The position numbers and the translations under genes were made by a program. A stretch of DNA of 64,000 nucleotides from a phage. The notes beneath the pieces are model-generated. The model did not search any database and had not been told where the DNA came from. It worked only from the letters and a program-made list of their open reading frames with translations. Shown in pieces: positions 9,475 through 18,367 of the stretch; position 1 is the stretch's first letter; every line of letters begins with the position of its first letter. The stretch lies in sequence record PZ445451.1; one strand, 5' to 3'.

Positions 9475-9494
9475 AGTTTCTAACAGGAGCATAA

Positions 9495-10901
9495 ATGGCA
9501 ACTTTTCGTGATAAGGTAGTTTCCGTAACCCTTACCTACGGTGCTACTTCAATTAGTGAAACACAGTTTGATATCCCTCTAATTCTTACAGGGCATAACG
9601 TTACTGGCAATCTTGTAGATTATTTCACTTCTTCAGACGCACTTCTGCAAGCAGGTTTTGGCACTGCCGATCCAGCTTATAAAATGGCAAAACTACTATT
9701 TGACGGTCTGTTCGCACCAGAACAAGTTATCGTCGGTAAGCGTGATGTTTCTAAAACAACTCTAACTCCAGTAGTTGAAGATAGTGCAACTTACGTTATC
9801 ACTATTAAAGCAAATTCAAAAAGCAAGGACTTCAAGTTTGTTGCCGATGATACTGCAACTGCTCAAGAGATTGTTGTTGGTTTAACAGAAATGATCAACG
9901 CAGACATAGTGTATAAAGAATTCTTCACTGTGTCAAACGATGGTAGTGTTATCACTGTAACCCCAGTTGCAGGTAAATACGCTACTATGGATAGTTCAGG
10001 ATTCACAACTAAAGTAGAATATGCAAATGATATCTTAGAAGATATTGCTAAAATTGCAGATTATGAAAACAGTTGGTTCTGGTTACTATCTGATTCTCAC
10101 GCAGAACAAGATATTATCGATCTAGCAGGTTATGTAGAAGAGCACGATAAAGTGTATTTCTTCTCTACCTCGCAACCAGGTGTTCTAACTAAAGAAGAAG
10201 ATAACATTCTAGAACGCTTAGGTGATATGGGCTACAATAACACTTGTATGGCATTGTGGATGACTAACGCTGATACAGTGTTCCCAGAGGCTGCTGTAGT
10301 TGGTTCTATCTGCTCTGCAACACCAGGTACTACTACCCTGCATGGTAAAACCCTTGTTGGTATCGAGATTGAAAAACTTGGTCAGACAGCAGAAAACTTT
10401 ATCGTTCAACAGAATGGTAATATTTACCGTAAAGAACACGGTGTTCTGTTCTACCGTGATGGTTTCATGGTTAGTGGTTTCTATGTTGACTATGTGGTAC
10501 ACGCTCTGTGGTTCAAAGCTCGTGTAGAAGAATCTCTGTTCGCTCTATTTAAACAGCAATCTATGCTTGGTAGTGGTGTTAGAGCAACTTCTGCTGGTCT
10601 TGCTTTGATTCGTCAGGCTGTTACTGCAAACCCAATCCAAGTAGGTATTAACAATGGTTCTATTGCCAATGAGGTAGTAACTTCAGAGGAAACAGGACTT
10701 CTGGTAAGCCTTAAACCTACTATCTATATCCCATCTCGTGCAGATATGACTGATGCTCAAATCAATGCACGTTTGGTTGATGGTATGGTTATTGAATACG
10801 TATACGCTGGATTCTTCCACTATGTTAAAGTGCAGGTAAACGTTCTGACGAACCGCACTGCAAATAGCCAGAATTCCAATAGCTCTACTGTATCTTCATA
10901 A
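9495..10901 (+). CDS. Tail sheath protein (putative)
   Basis: 468 aa ORF followed by a ~160 aa tube-size gene, chaperone pair and tape measure (canonical contractile-tail order); strong RBS; terminator hairpin downstream. Confidence 0.5.
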   Translation: MATFRDKVVSVTLTYGATSISETQFDIPLILTGHNVTGNLVDYFTSSDALLQAGFGTADPAYKMAKLLFDGLFAPEQVIVGKRDVSKTTLTPVVEDSATYVITIKANSKSKDFKFVADDTATAQEIVVGLTEMINADIVYKEFFTVSNDGSVITVTPVAGKYATMDSSGFTTKVEYANDILEDIAKIADYENSWFWLLSDSHAEQDIIDLAGYVEEHDKVYFFSTSQPGVLTKEEDNILERLGDMGYNNTCMALWMTNADTVFPEAAVVGSICSATPGTTTLHGKTLVGIEIEKLGQTAENFIVQQNGNIYRKEHGVLFYRDGFMVSGFYVDYVVHALWFKARVEESLFALFKQQSMLGSGVRATSAGLALIRQAVTANPIQVGINNGSIANEVVTSEETGLLVSLKPTIYIPSRADMTDAQINARLVDGMVIEYVYAGFFHYVKVQVNVLTNRTANSQNSNSSTVSS

Positions 10902-10907
10902 TTAAAA

Positions 10908-10930
10908 GCAGCGGGGGAAACCCCGCTTAT
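10908..10930 (+). terminator. Hairpin terminator (GAAA tetraloop) after the sheath gene
   Basis: agcgggg-gaaa-ccccgct stem-loop with a weak U tract. Confidence 0.45.
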
Positions 10931-10959
10931 ATGAAAAGTAGTATAAAAGGAGATCCACT

Positions 10960-11439
10960 TTGGATAAAATGCTTACTGGCGTAATGGCCTATGATCCTTC
11001 TCAAGTAATCCTGTCTTTGGGTGGTTGGGAACCTTGGGGTTTCGCCGCAGATACCAAAATTGTTATTAACAAAACTAACGATATCATCAACCCATATTCA
11101 GGTACTGATGGTGACGTTTCCTTGGCGCTTAGTCGTAACCGTTTAGGTACGCTAACAATGTCACTGCAACGTACTTCCCCAGCAAACGAAGTTCTTGCTG
11201 CTTATGCACAAACGATGTATTCTACTCGTCAAGTAGCATTTAGCGTATATCTAGAAGACCCTCGCGGATATTATATCAGCACAATTGGTTGGATTCAAAG
11301 CCAACCGGACGACACTATTGGTGAAACTATTCAAGAAAACCAATGGGTAATTGGTCTTAAAGATGCAAGCCTACTTCGTTCTACTGTAGGTGTTGGTGTT
11401 AACGCACTTAACTCTATTAGTGCTCTAACTATTCAGTAA
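10960..11439 (+). CDS. Tail tube protein (putative)
   Basis: 159 aa ORF between sheath and chaperone genes; TTG start 7 nt after AAAAGGAG. Confidence 0.5.
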   Translation: MDKMLTGVMAYDPSQVILSLGGWEPWGFAADTKIVINKTNDIINPYSGTDGDVSLALSRNRLGTLTMSLQRTSPANEVLAAYAQTMYSTRQVAFSVYLEDPRGYYISTIGWIQSQPDDTIGETIQENQWVIGLKDASLLRSTVGVGVNALNSISALTIQ

Positions 11440-11443
11440 TAAA

Positions 11444-11468
11444 AAGGGCAGAAATGCCCTTTATTTTA
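11444..11468 (+). terminator. Rho-independent terminator after the tube gene
   Basis: aagggc...gccctt stem followed by tattttaaa. Confidence 0.55.
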
Positions 11469-11481
11469 AAGAGAGGAAATA

Positions 11482-11964
11482 ATGGAACAACAAAAAGATA
11501 ATACTATTGCAAAATTTGCTCGTCCAGAAGTAATGGTTGAAATTGATCTGGATGAAGGACGCAGTGTAAAATTTAGAGTTCTCAAGTGGAGTCCGACTAA
11601 AGTTTTTGAAAGGATTCCAGAACTAGGTAGTGTACTGGCTGTTCCTATGACAATGTATAATACTGCTCTTATGTCAGCAGACGAAGATCTAGAAGCTCGT
11701 ATTGCTATGGCACTGATCCAATTATTCAGTGGTCTGGAAGAAAAAAACTTAGCTGCATTCTTACGTAAAATTTTAGATGAAGTTTACACAGAAGCAGGAC
11801 ACAGTGTTTCCGATAATTTTGATGAATTGTTTTTTGCTCACCCAGAATTAGTTGTTGACTTAGCTGCAAAAGTTCTTGAGGTGAACTATGCCCCTTTTTT
11901 CAAACGAGGTTTCGGAAAACTGTTGACCCAATTTCAAGGAATAGAGACTCTAGCGAAGAGTTAA
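11482..11964 (+). CDS. Tail assembly chaperone (lambda G-like)
   Basis: 160 aa acidic protein between tube and tape measure; contains a slippery heptamer near its 3' end. Confidence 0.6.
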   Translation: MEQQKDNTIAKFARPEVMVEIDLDEGRSVKFRVLKWSPTKVFERIPELGSVLAVPMTMYNTALMSADEDLEARIAMALIQLFSGLEEKNLAAFLRKILDEVYTEAGHSVSDNFDELFFAHPELVVDLAAKVLEVNYAPFFKRGFGKLLTQFQGIETLAKS

Positions 11965-12239
11965 GTCCGGCAATTAAATCAGCAATTGAAATTGCCTCAC
12001 AAACCCTTAGCTTGACATGGTATGAAGTAATTCTTTGTAAGGTAATTAAGAATACCTCCGAAACCTTGTCCTCGTTAGATAATTATGGTGTAGATTATCT
12101 ACTTAAAATTTATGAATATTTAACATTTGAAGACTATGTACAAGATCTTCACGTTAAAGATGCGGATATTAAACGTGGTCAACAGAGAACAATAAGAGAA
12201 CTGGATACGGCTATGAAAAAATTAATTCCAGATTCATAA
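11482..12239 (+). CDS. Tail assembly chaperone frameshift fusion product (G-T-like, about 252 aa), predicted
   Basis: -1 shift at 11895-11901 joins the 11482 frame to the frame of track ORF 12012..12239 with no intervening stops; conserved arrangement upstream of tape measure genes. Confidence 0.5.
11895..11901 (+). promoter_or_regulatory. Programmed -1 ribosomal frameshift slippery heptamer T_TTT_TTC
   Basis: Heptamer in X_XXY_YYZ register at codons F139-F140; the -1 frame is open from here to the stop at 12239. Confidence 0.55.
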
Positions 12240-12258
12240 GTAATACGGAGGATTACCC

Positions 12259-14238
12259 TTGTTAGAAATTAACACTTCCAAGATTAAGAATACAGTAACG
12301 TTTACTGTAGATAAAGACAGTTTAAAAAATACTAAAGACGCAATTAAAAACCTTAAAACTTTTACAGAATCTATTGAACCATCTTTAAATATGACTAAAA
12401 TGCGTCGTCAGTTTAAAAGTATGGAAGAGTATGCTAAAAGAATAAGGCAGCAAATGTCAGGTCTTGGCGGCGGTAATCCTCCACCAATCCCACCAACCGG
12501 AGGTTCAAGTGGTGGTGGAAAAGGAGGAAGTGGTAGAGGTGGTTCTGGATCTTCTGGAGGACGTAAGACACCAGAGGAAAGAGCCGCAGAAGCCGCCGCT
12601 AAACGTGCAGCACTTGCTAATATGAAGCAAGACGATTTTAGTTTTAAAGCTATGCCTTTTACAAAAGCAGACAGCAGAATTCTAGAAAAATCTAAAAAGA
12701 TTGTAGAAGAAACTGTTGAACTTTATCGTAAAGGTGTAATCACTAGCCAACAAATGAATAATACTTTGGCTAGACAGTTAGAAGAACTACGAAGATCTCA
12801 TAGAGAGAAGAATGCACAACTTCTTGATGAAGAGAGAGCTAGACGTAGAATTGCCCGTCTGCAAGAAGCAGAAGATAAAAGAAGACAGCGTATCCGAGAA
12901 AGAGAAAGAAAGGATTTCGAACGTCAGCAAAGAAGAGAGAAAGAAGCAAGACAACGAGATAGACAACGTAAGCTATCTGGTGTAGGTAATGCTGCTATTG
13001 CTCTTAACCCTGCTATGTTTGGTGCTGCTCTTTTAGGTGCTGGTTTATATCAAGGTATAAGCAAAATAGCTGAAAATATTACAGCGGCGGCAGAACGTAT
13101 TAATATGGTTAGTAAAGGTGGTCAGAACGTACAGGTAAACCCTAACGCAATTTTAACAATGCGTACTTGGGGTGAAATGAACGGTGTAGACTCTGCCAGC
13201 ATTATTAAAGCCATTGACAATATTAAAGACGTTCGTGAACGTTTAGGTAATACTGTACTCCACTCTGAATTTGATGAAAAATCAGGTAAATGGAAAGGTG
13301 GAGATAGTGGTATTAATGAAATCATGAACCAATTTGGTTGGTCGAAAGAAGATGTTGCTAAATTCCAGAACAGACCTCTAGACTTTGTTCAAGCACTTGT
13401 TAATGAAGGTCAAAAAAGAGGAATGAACTCCGCGCAAATTGGTCGTTTGATGGAAAACCTTGGTGATGACTTAATGCACTACCAACGTATGTTTTTGGAT
13501 AACGGTAAAGAGTACATGAAAGTCTTGGATATGTTAAAAAATTCAGGAGCAACTCTTAACGATGAAAACATCAAAGCAGCACAAGATTTTGTTAAACTAA
13601 GAGCACAAATTAGTGCAGCAGGAGAAGGTTTTACCAATAACTTACTTGTAGGGTTTATGGATGGTTTAAAATCTGCACCAGATTTTGCAGAAAATATGAA
13701 AACTTTCCAAGAAGCTGCTCGTGGTCTTGGTGAAATGTCTGGTAGTATTGTAAGTAGCCTTGCAAAAATTGCGAAATATTTCCTTGATTTTTCAAATAAG
13801 GTTGGGCCAAAAAACAATACTAAAGAAGCTGTAAGAGATTATTATAATGGTACGCAGTATGGGTACGATGCACAGGTTGGTGGTAATCCTTGGGCTTATT
13901 GGCCTATTGGAAGAGATCAATATAAACCTGAAAATCAACCTTTAGGTGACTTTGATAGTAGTTTCTTAACTAGTGCCTTAAACCCAAGTGCTTCTAGTAT
14001 CGGTTATAATAGACCTGATTTAACAGCATCTATGCTAACACCACGCCAAGGTGTTCCAGTACCGTTAAGTGTAGAGAATACGGTTGTTATCCCAGACAAC
14101 GCATTCCAGATTAATGTTATTCCAGATGGCTATGGTTTTAGTAATTATCTAGATGCGACAATGAATACCAGTTTTAGTAACTTCTCACAAGGTTTAACTC
14201 TTCAGTTAAGCAGTGGACAATCTTCTACTGGTGGTTAA
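12259..14238 (+). CDS. Tail tape measure protein
   Basis: 659 aa; Gly-rich N-terminal region, highly charged Arg/Glu/Gln coiled coil (RRRIARLQEAEDKRRQRIRERERKD), hydrophobic segment; downstream of the chaperone pair; TTG start with GGAGGA RBS. Confidence 0.65.
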   Translation: MLEINTSKIKNTVTFTVDKDSLKNTKDAIKNLKTFTESIEPSLNMTKMRRQFKSMEEYAKRIRQQMSGLGGGNPPPIPPTGGSSGGGKGGSGRGGSGSSGGRKTPEERAAEAAAKRAALANMKQDDFSFKAMPFTKADSRILEKSKKIVEETVELYRKGVITSQQMNNTLARQLEELRRSHREKNAQLLDEERARRRIARLQEAEDKRRQRIRERERKDFERQQRREKEARQRDRQRKLSGVGNAAIALNPAMFGAALLGAGLYQGISKIAENITAAAERINMVSKGGQNVQVNPNAILTMRTWGEMNGVDSASIIKAIDNIKDVRERLGNTVLHSEFDEKSGKWKGGDSGINEIMNQFGWSKEDVAKFQNRPLDFVQALVNEGQKRGMNSAQIGRLMENLGDDLMHYQRMFLDNGKEYMKVLDMLKNSGATLNDENIKAAQDFVKLRAQISAAGEGFTNNLLVGFMDGLKSAPDFAENMKTFQEAARGLGEMSGSIVSSLAKIAKYFLDFSNKVGPKNNTKEAVRDYYNGTQYGYDAQVGGNPWAYWPIGRDQYKPENQPLGDFDSSFLTSALNPSASSIGYNRPDLTASMLTPRQGVPVPLSVENTVVIPDNAFQINVIPDGYGFSNYLDATMNTSFSNFSQGLTLQLSSGQSSTGG

Positions 14239-14244
14239 TGCATA

Positions 14245-14275
14245 AAGCCTCGCTTCGGCGGGGCTTTTTATTTGT
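14245..14275 (+). terminator. Rho-independent terminator (UUCG loop) after the tape measure gene
   Basis: gcctcgc-ttcg-gcggggc stem-loop followed by tttttatttg. Confidence 0.65.
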
Positions 14276-14276
14276 C

Positions 14277-14306
14277 TTGACAAAGAGTTGTTTTTCGTGA
14301 TAAAAT
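14277..14306 (+). promoter_or_regulatory. Sigma70-like promoter with extended -10 (TTGACA-N18-TGaTAAAAT)
   Basis: Perfect -35 hexamer; TG dinucleotide upstream of a 5/6 -10; immediately after a terminator and upstream of the baseplate gene block. Confidence 0.5.
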
Positions 14307-14353
14307 GAGTGATAAGGGAGAATGTTTCTTATCACATTAAGAGGTAAAATTAT

Positions 14354-15064
14354 ATGGCAGCAAACACTCCAGAACAACACGTTCAAGCGGTTTATAAAGC
14401 GGAACAAGATATAAACTCTACAAAAAACACAAATAACTCTGCCTCTACTGTGAAAGGGGAGAATGGTTTTTGTATTTTAGCAAGCGTTTACAATAGTGCA
14501 AGTGATCAATATATTCAAAACTACCAAGCTATAGTTTTTGATGCTGTTCCAAATATCGGTGTAAAACGTCAAGCAGATGTTACTAGCTATCCTGTAGAAA
14601 ATGGTGCTAATGTATCGGATCACGTTCAAGTTAAGAATAATACTTTCTCTTTATCAGGAATGATTACAGAGACACCTGTAAGATTAATGCGAGATATGCT
14701 ATATAGTGCTGGTATTAACGGTACTCGTATCAGTCAAGCAATTACTTACTTAGATAAAATATTCGATGAAAGACAGCCTATCATTTTAATAACAGAACAT
14801 AAGGTGTATGAGAATGTTATTTTGAAAGGCATATCATATGAATATCAAACAGAATATGCAATGCAATTTGACTTGGAATTTGAACAAGTAAGATTAGTTT
14901 CCTACGGGGAAACAAATGCTATTGCACTTAAGACAAAACCAAATAAGAATACAGGTGTTAAAAACAAGAAAGGTACTAGTCCAGATGCTGATTTGGATGC
15001 AAGAACAGGGAAAGCAACTGGTACAGAACATCTTAGTGATCACAGTGCAGATGGTAAAAAATAA
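14354..15064 (+). CDS. Hypothetical tail/baseplate protein
   Basis: 236 aa ORF with AAGAGG RBS, first gene after tape measure. Confidence 0.4.
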   Translation: MAANTPEQHVQAVYKAEQDINSTKNTNNSASTVKGENGFCILASVYNSASDQYIQNYQAIVFDAVPNIGVKRQADVTSYPVENGANVSDHVQVKNNTFSLSGMITETPVRLMRDMLYSAGINGTRISQAITYLDKIFDERQPIILITEHKVYENVILKGISYEYQTEYAMQFDLEFEQVRLVSYGETNAIALKTKPNKNTGVKNKKGTSPDADLDARTGKATGTEHLSDHSADGKK

Positions 15065-15075
15065 GGAGAAAATTT

Positions 15076-15495
15076 TTGGCTATTTCATCTTATTCAAAGA
15101 TCAGTAGAAGCACATCTAATAGTGGCTACAATGCAGTATTTATTGATCGAAATTTAGGTTATTATTCTTGGTACTTACCTACAGAACAGTACCCAGACCA
15201 AACATATACGGTAACTCTCGATGGAGTAGATTATGATATACGTTTGAGATGGAATACAAGAGATCAAGCGTGGCAAATGCAATTAGGATTATCAGGAGAC
15301 AATCCTAGTGTAACTTTTAAAGTAACCAATGGTTTAGATCTTCTAGAACCATATAAGTATATAGAATCTGTGCCGGATGGTCAACTTTATTTGGTAGATA
15401 CTGTTAAAATAAACGGTAGACCTAATTACTATGACACAGGTGTAGATAAAAGATTTGCTTTGGTTTATATCGACGCTCTTCCATATCAAGCATGA
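15076..15495 (+). CDS. Hypothetical tail/baseplate protein
   Basis: 139 aa ORF, TTG start 6 nt after AAGGAG. Confidence 0.4.
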   Translation: MAISSYSKISRSTSNSGYNAVFIDRNLGYYSWYLPTEQYPDQTYTVTLDGVDYDIRLRWNTRDQAWQMQLGLSGDNPSVTFKVTNGLDLLEPYKYIESVPDGQLYLVDTVKINGRPNYYDTGVDKRFALVYIDALPYQA

Positions 15496-15511
15496 TAAAA
15501 GGAGTTTTTAA

Positions 15512-16522
15512 ATGGCAGAAGAAAGAAATTACACAAAAGCTCCTGCACCCAATCTAAACAGAGCATACAAACTGTTAATAGGTACAGCTACTAATACTAA
15601 AGAAAAAAGGACAAAAAATTCCTCTTTCAAATCTACAGTAGACTTAGATACTAAACTAGGGGATGCTAAAAAATCAACCCCTAATTTGTATGTTATTACG
15701 GAGCACCAAATATCTTTCACAATAAGAAAAGATAATAATAAAGATCCTAATCAAGCCGAGATAACTATTTATAACCTAAGTGATGATACTGTTAATTATA
15801 TTAACAAAGGTATTCGTAACAACTTGGCTGTTGCTTTGGCAGTAGGTTATGAAGGTCAAGAGTTAATTATGATCTTTAAGGGAACGGTGCAATGGGTGAG
15901 TGATACTTTTAACAATACAGACAGACGTACAGTGTTACATTGTCTGGATGGTGGTATTAACATCTCCGAAGCAAGGACAAGCCGAAGTTATCCGAAAGGT
16001 ACAAAAGTAAGTAAGGTTGTTAAAGATTTAGTTAAAGATCTAGGTACTACAGAAGGTAATATTCACGTAGACACAGAGAAAACTTTATCATCTGCAACAG
16101 CTATGTGTGGGAACACATCACATTACTTAGAAAGTATCTGTAAAGGTATTGATCATAATGTGTCAATACAAGATGGATCTGTTTACGTAACACCAAGATC
16201 ACAAATGTCTAGTGCAAGATGCGCATATATTAGTGCAGAAACAGGTTTAATTGGTAGTCCAGAACCTTTCCACAACGATATTAAACCGACACAAAAAGTA
16301 ACTAAATCTTCTAAGAAAGCTAAAAAGCCTACAGATGGTGTTAAGTTCAGATGTGAGATGAACGGTGCTATCCTACCAGAAAAAACTGTTTGGCTCAAGA
16401 GCCATAACTACGATGGTGGTTTTAAGGTAGTATCTGTTGTTCATACAGGAGATAGGGAAGGTAAAGACTGGACAACTGAAGTAGAGTCTGTATCTGTATC
16501 TGCAATTATTAAGAAGGGCTAG
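15512..16522 (+). CDS. Baseplate hub protein (putative)
   Basis: 336 aa ORF directly upstream of the spike gene, matching Mu gp44 / P2 gpD-type order; positional inference only. Confidence 0.35.
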   Translation: MAEERNYTKAPAPNLNRAYKLLIGTATNTKEKRTKNSSFKSTVDLDTKLGDAKKSTPNLYVITEHQISFTIRKDNNKDPNQAEITIYNLSDDTVNYINKGIRNNLAVALAVGYEGQELIMIFKGTVQWVSDTFNNTDRRTVLHCLDGGINISEARTSRSYPKGTKVSKVVKDLVKDLGTTEGNIHVDTEKTLSSATAMCGNTSHYLESICKGIDHNVSIQDGSVYVTPRSQMSSARCAYISAETGLIGSPEPFHNDIKPTQKVTKSSKKAKKPTDGVKFRCEMNGAILPEKTVWLKSHNYDGGFKVVSVVHTGDREGKDWTTEVESVSVSAIIKKG

Positions 16523-16524
16523 AA

Positions 16525-17262
16525 ATGGATGCTTTAAATTTTGTAACAGCAATCCGTGGATTAATCAACGAGCAAGTTGCGGAAGTACATACATCTTTAC
16601 CTGTAAGGGTAATTGGTGTAGATTATGGATCTAAGACAGTAACTTTAGAATCTATCGTAAAAAATACCAGGTCTACTGAAGATGAAATAGATTACCCAAC
16701 ATTCCACGATGTTCCTTTTATGGTAAATGGTGGTGGTACAGGTAGAATTTCATTTCCAATTAAAGCAGGAGATATTGGTGTTGTTGTCTTTTCAGAAAGA
16801 GATCCGTCGAATGCTTTCCAGACAGATGGAGATACAGCCAGCAGCGGAACATTAATTCAACCTTGTGGTTTGTATCCAGCCTGTTTTATTCCTAAGATAG
16901 CAACAGCTACAGATTCTTCAGAAGAAGTAGATTCTGAAAAAGTTGTTATCTCAAATAACAAGCAAACTTACGCTTCGTTTGATCCTAACGGTAATATATC
17001 TGTGTACAACACACAAGGTATGAAAATAGATATGACACCAAACAGTATCGTTCTTACTGATGCAGGAGGAGGAAAACTTACACTGCAAGGTGGGACTATG
17101 ACATATAAAGGTGGTACTGTAAATTTAAACGGTTTAACAATCACACCTGACGGTCGTATGAAAGATAGTGGTGGCATTGGTTTACACACACATACACACC
17201 CTGTACGCGGTGTTGAAACTGGTGGTAGCACTGTTACTTCCGACAAACCAAATGGAGGTTAA
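16525..17262 (+). CDS. Baseplate central spike protein (gpV-like)
   Basis: 245 aa; Gly-rich C-terminal region with HTHTHP (HxH-type metal-binding apex motif); located before the gp25-like gene. Confidence 0.5.
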   Translation: MDALNFVTAIRGLINEQVAEVHTSLPVRVIGVDYGSKTVTLESIVKNTRSTEDEIDYPTFHDVPFMVNGGGTGRISFPIKAGDIGVVVFSERDPSNAFQTDGDTASSGTLIQPCGLYPACFIPKIATATDSSEEVDSEKVVISNNKQTYASFDPNGNISVYNTQGMKIDMTPNSIVLTDAGGGKLTLQGGTMTYKGGTVNLNGLTITPDGRMKDSGGIGLHTHTHPVRGVETGGSTVTSDKPNGG

Positions 17263-17265
17263 CAG

Positions 17266-17901
17266 ATGGGAATACCATTTGATTTAAAACTTGATGGTTC
17301 TAATGATTTAGTGATGGTGGATGGTGATTTAACACTAACCACAACTAAAAGTGAAATTGCAGCACAGACGCTTGGAATAACACTTAGAACTTTCCGTGGA
17401 GAATGGTTCCTCAACTCTAATTTTGGGGTTCCATATCTGCAAGAGATTATTGGTGTTGCCAAGAAGAAAGAGATTGTTGATCGCATTTTCTTATCAACTA
17501 TCGCAAGTAATGTTTATATAGATAATATTAATTCCTACACATCCTCTTATGATAGAGATGATAGGTATTACTCAATGAACGTTACTGTTACAGTTGGTGA
17601 ACAAGTTGTTAGTGCTTTATTCAGTACACAGCCGTCTGAAGAATATATCTATCCAGAAGCTGGTGATGATAATGCAGCAATCACTTGTGAAGCATTTGAA
17701 ATTGTTGAATCTGCAAATAGACTCTATCGCTTTATTAACATTGTTGGTCTTCCTAAAGATACTTACTCTACTTGGTGGAATGAGTGGTCTAACGAGGCAT
17801 TGCTTGAAAAATACCTTGTTAACGAAGCCAATAAAGGTCTTGCAACCAATTACAACTATGCTATAACAGCAACAATGGGAGCTACAAATAATAATGGCTG
17901 A
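17266..17901 (+). CDS. Baseplate wedge protein (gp25/GpW-like domain)
   Basis: N-terminal region ITLRTFRGEWFLNSNFGVPYLQEI resembles the gp25/GpW signature (L.T..GE....FG). Confidence 0.5.
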   Translation: MGIPFDLKLDGSNDLVMVDGDLTLTTTKSEIAAQTLGITLRTFRGEWFLNSNFGVPYLQEIIGVAKKKEIVDRIFLSTIASNVYIDNINSYTSSYDRDDRYYSMNVTVTVGEQVVSALFSTQPSEEYIYPEAGDDNAAITCEAFEIVESANRLYRFINIVGLPKDTYSTWWNEWSNEALLEKYLVNEANKGLATNYNYAITATMGATNNNG

Positions 17902-18367
17902 TTTAACTACAATCAAGGTGTCTGATCTACCTGTAACAACATCTGTTTCAGACACAGATTATTTTGTAACAGATCAATCAGGCATCACTAAGAAAACATC
18001 ATTACGTGTTCTTCTTGCGGGTGCTGGTGTTACACGAAATCGTCTTTCTGCAAGGGGTACTGTCACAAATACCCTAGCTTTAGATATTAGCACGGCAGAG
18101 TATTTCTCTGCCACTTTATCTAGTCCAACTTGCAGTATTTCATTTAGTAATATTCCAGTTACAACTAACATTGTTCAAAACTTTACTCTATCCCTACGTC
18201 AAGGCAGTGGAGCAAATAAAGTAACGTGGCCTCAATCTGTTAAATGGAGTTTTGGTCGCGCTCCTATTTTGAGTTATAAGCAGGGAGCTACAGATATTTT
18301 TGAATTTGTTAGTTATGATAATGGAGCTACCTGGATAGGTAGTTTAGTGATGGCAGGAGTGATTTAA
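17894..18367 (+). CDS. Hypothetical baseplate/tail protein
   Basis: 157 aa ORF overlapping its neighbours by a few nt (translational coupling). Confidence 0.4.
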   Translation: MADLTTIKVSDLPVTTSVSDTDYFVTDQSGITKKTSLRVLLAGAGVTRNRLSARGTVTNTLALDISTAEYFSATLSSPTCSISFSNIPVTTNIVQNFTLSLRQGSGANKVTWPQSVKWSFGRAPILSYKQGATDIFEFVSYDNGATWIGSLVMAGVI

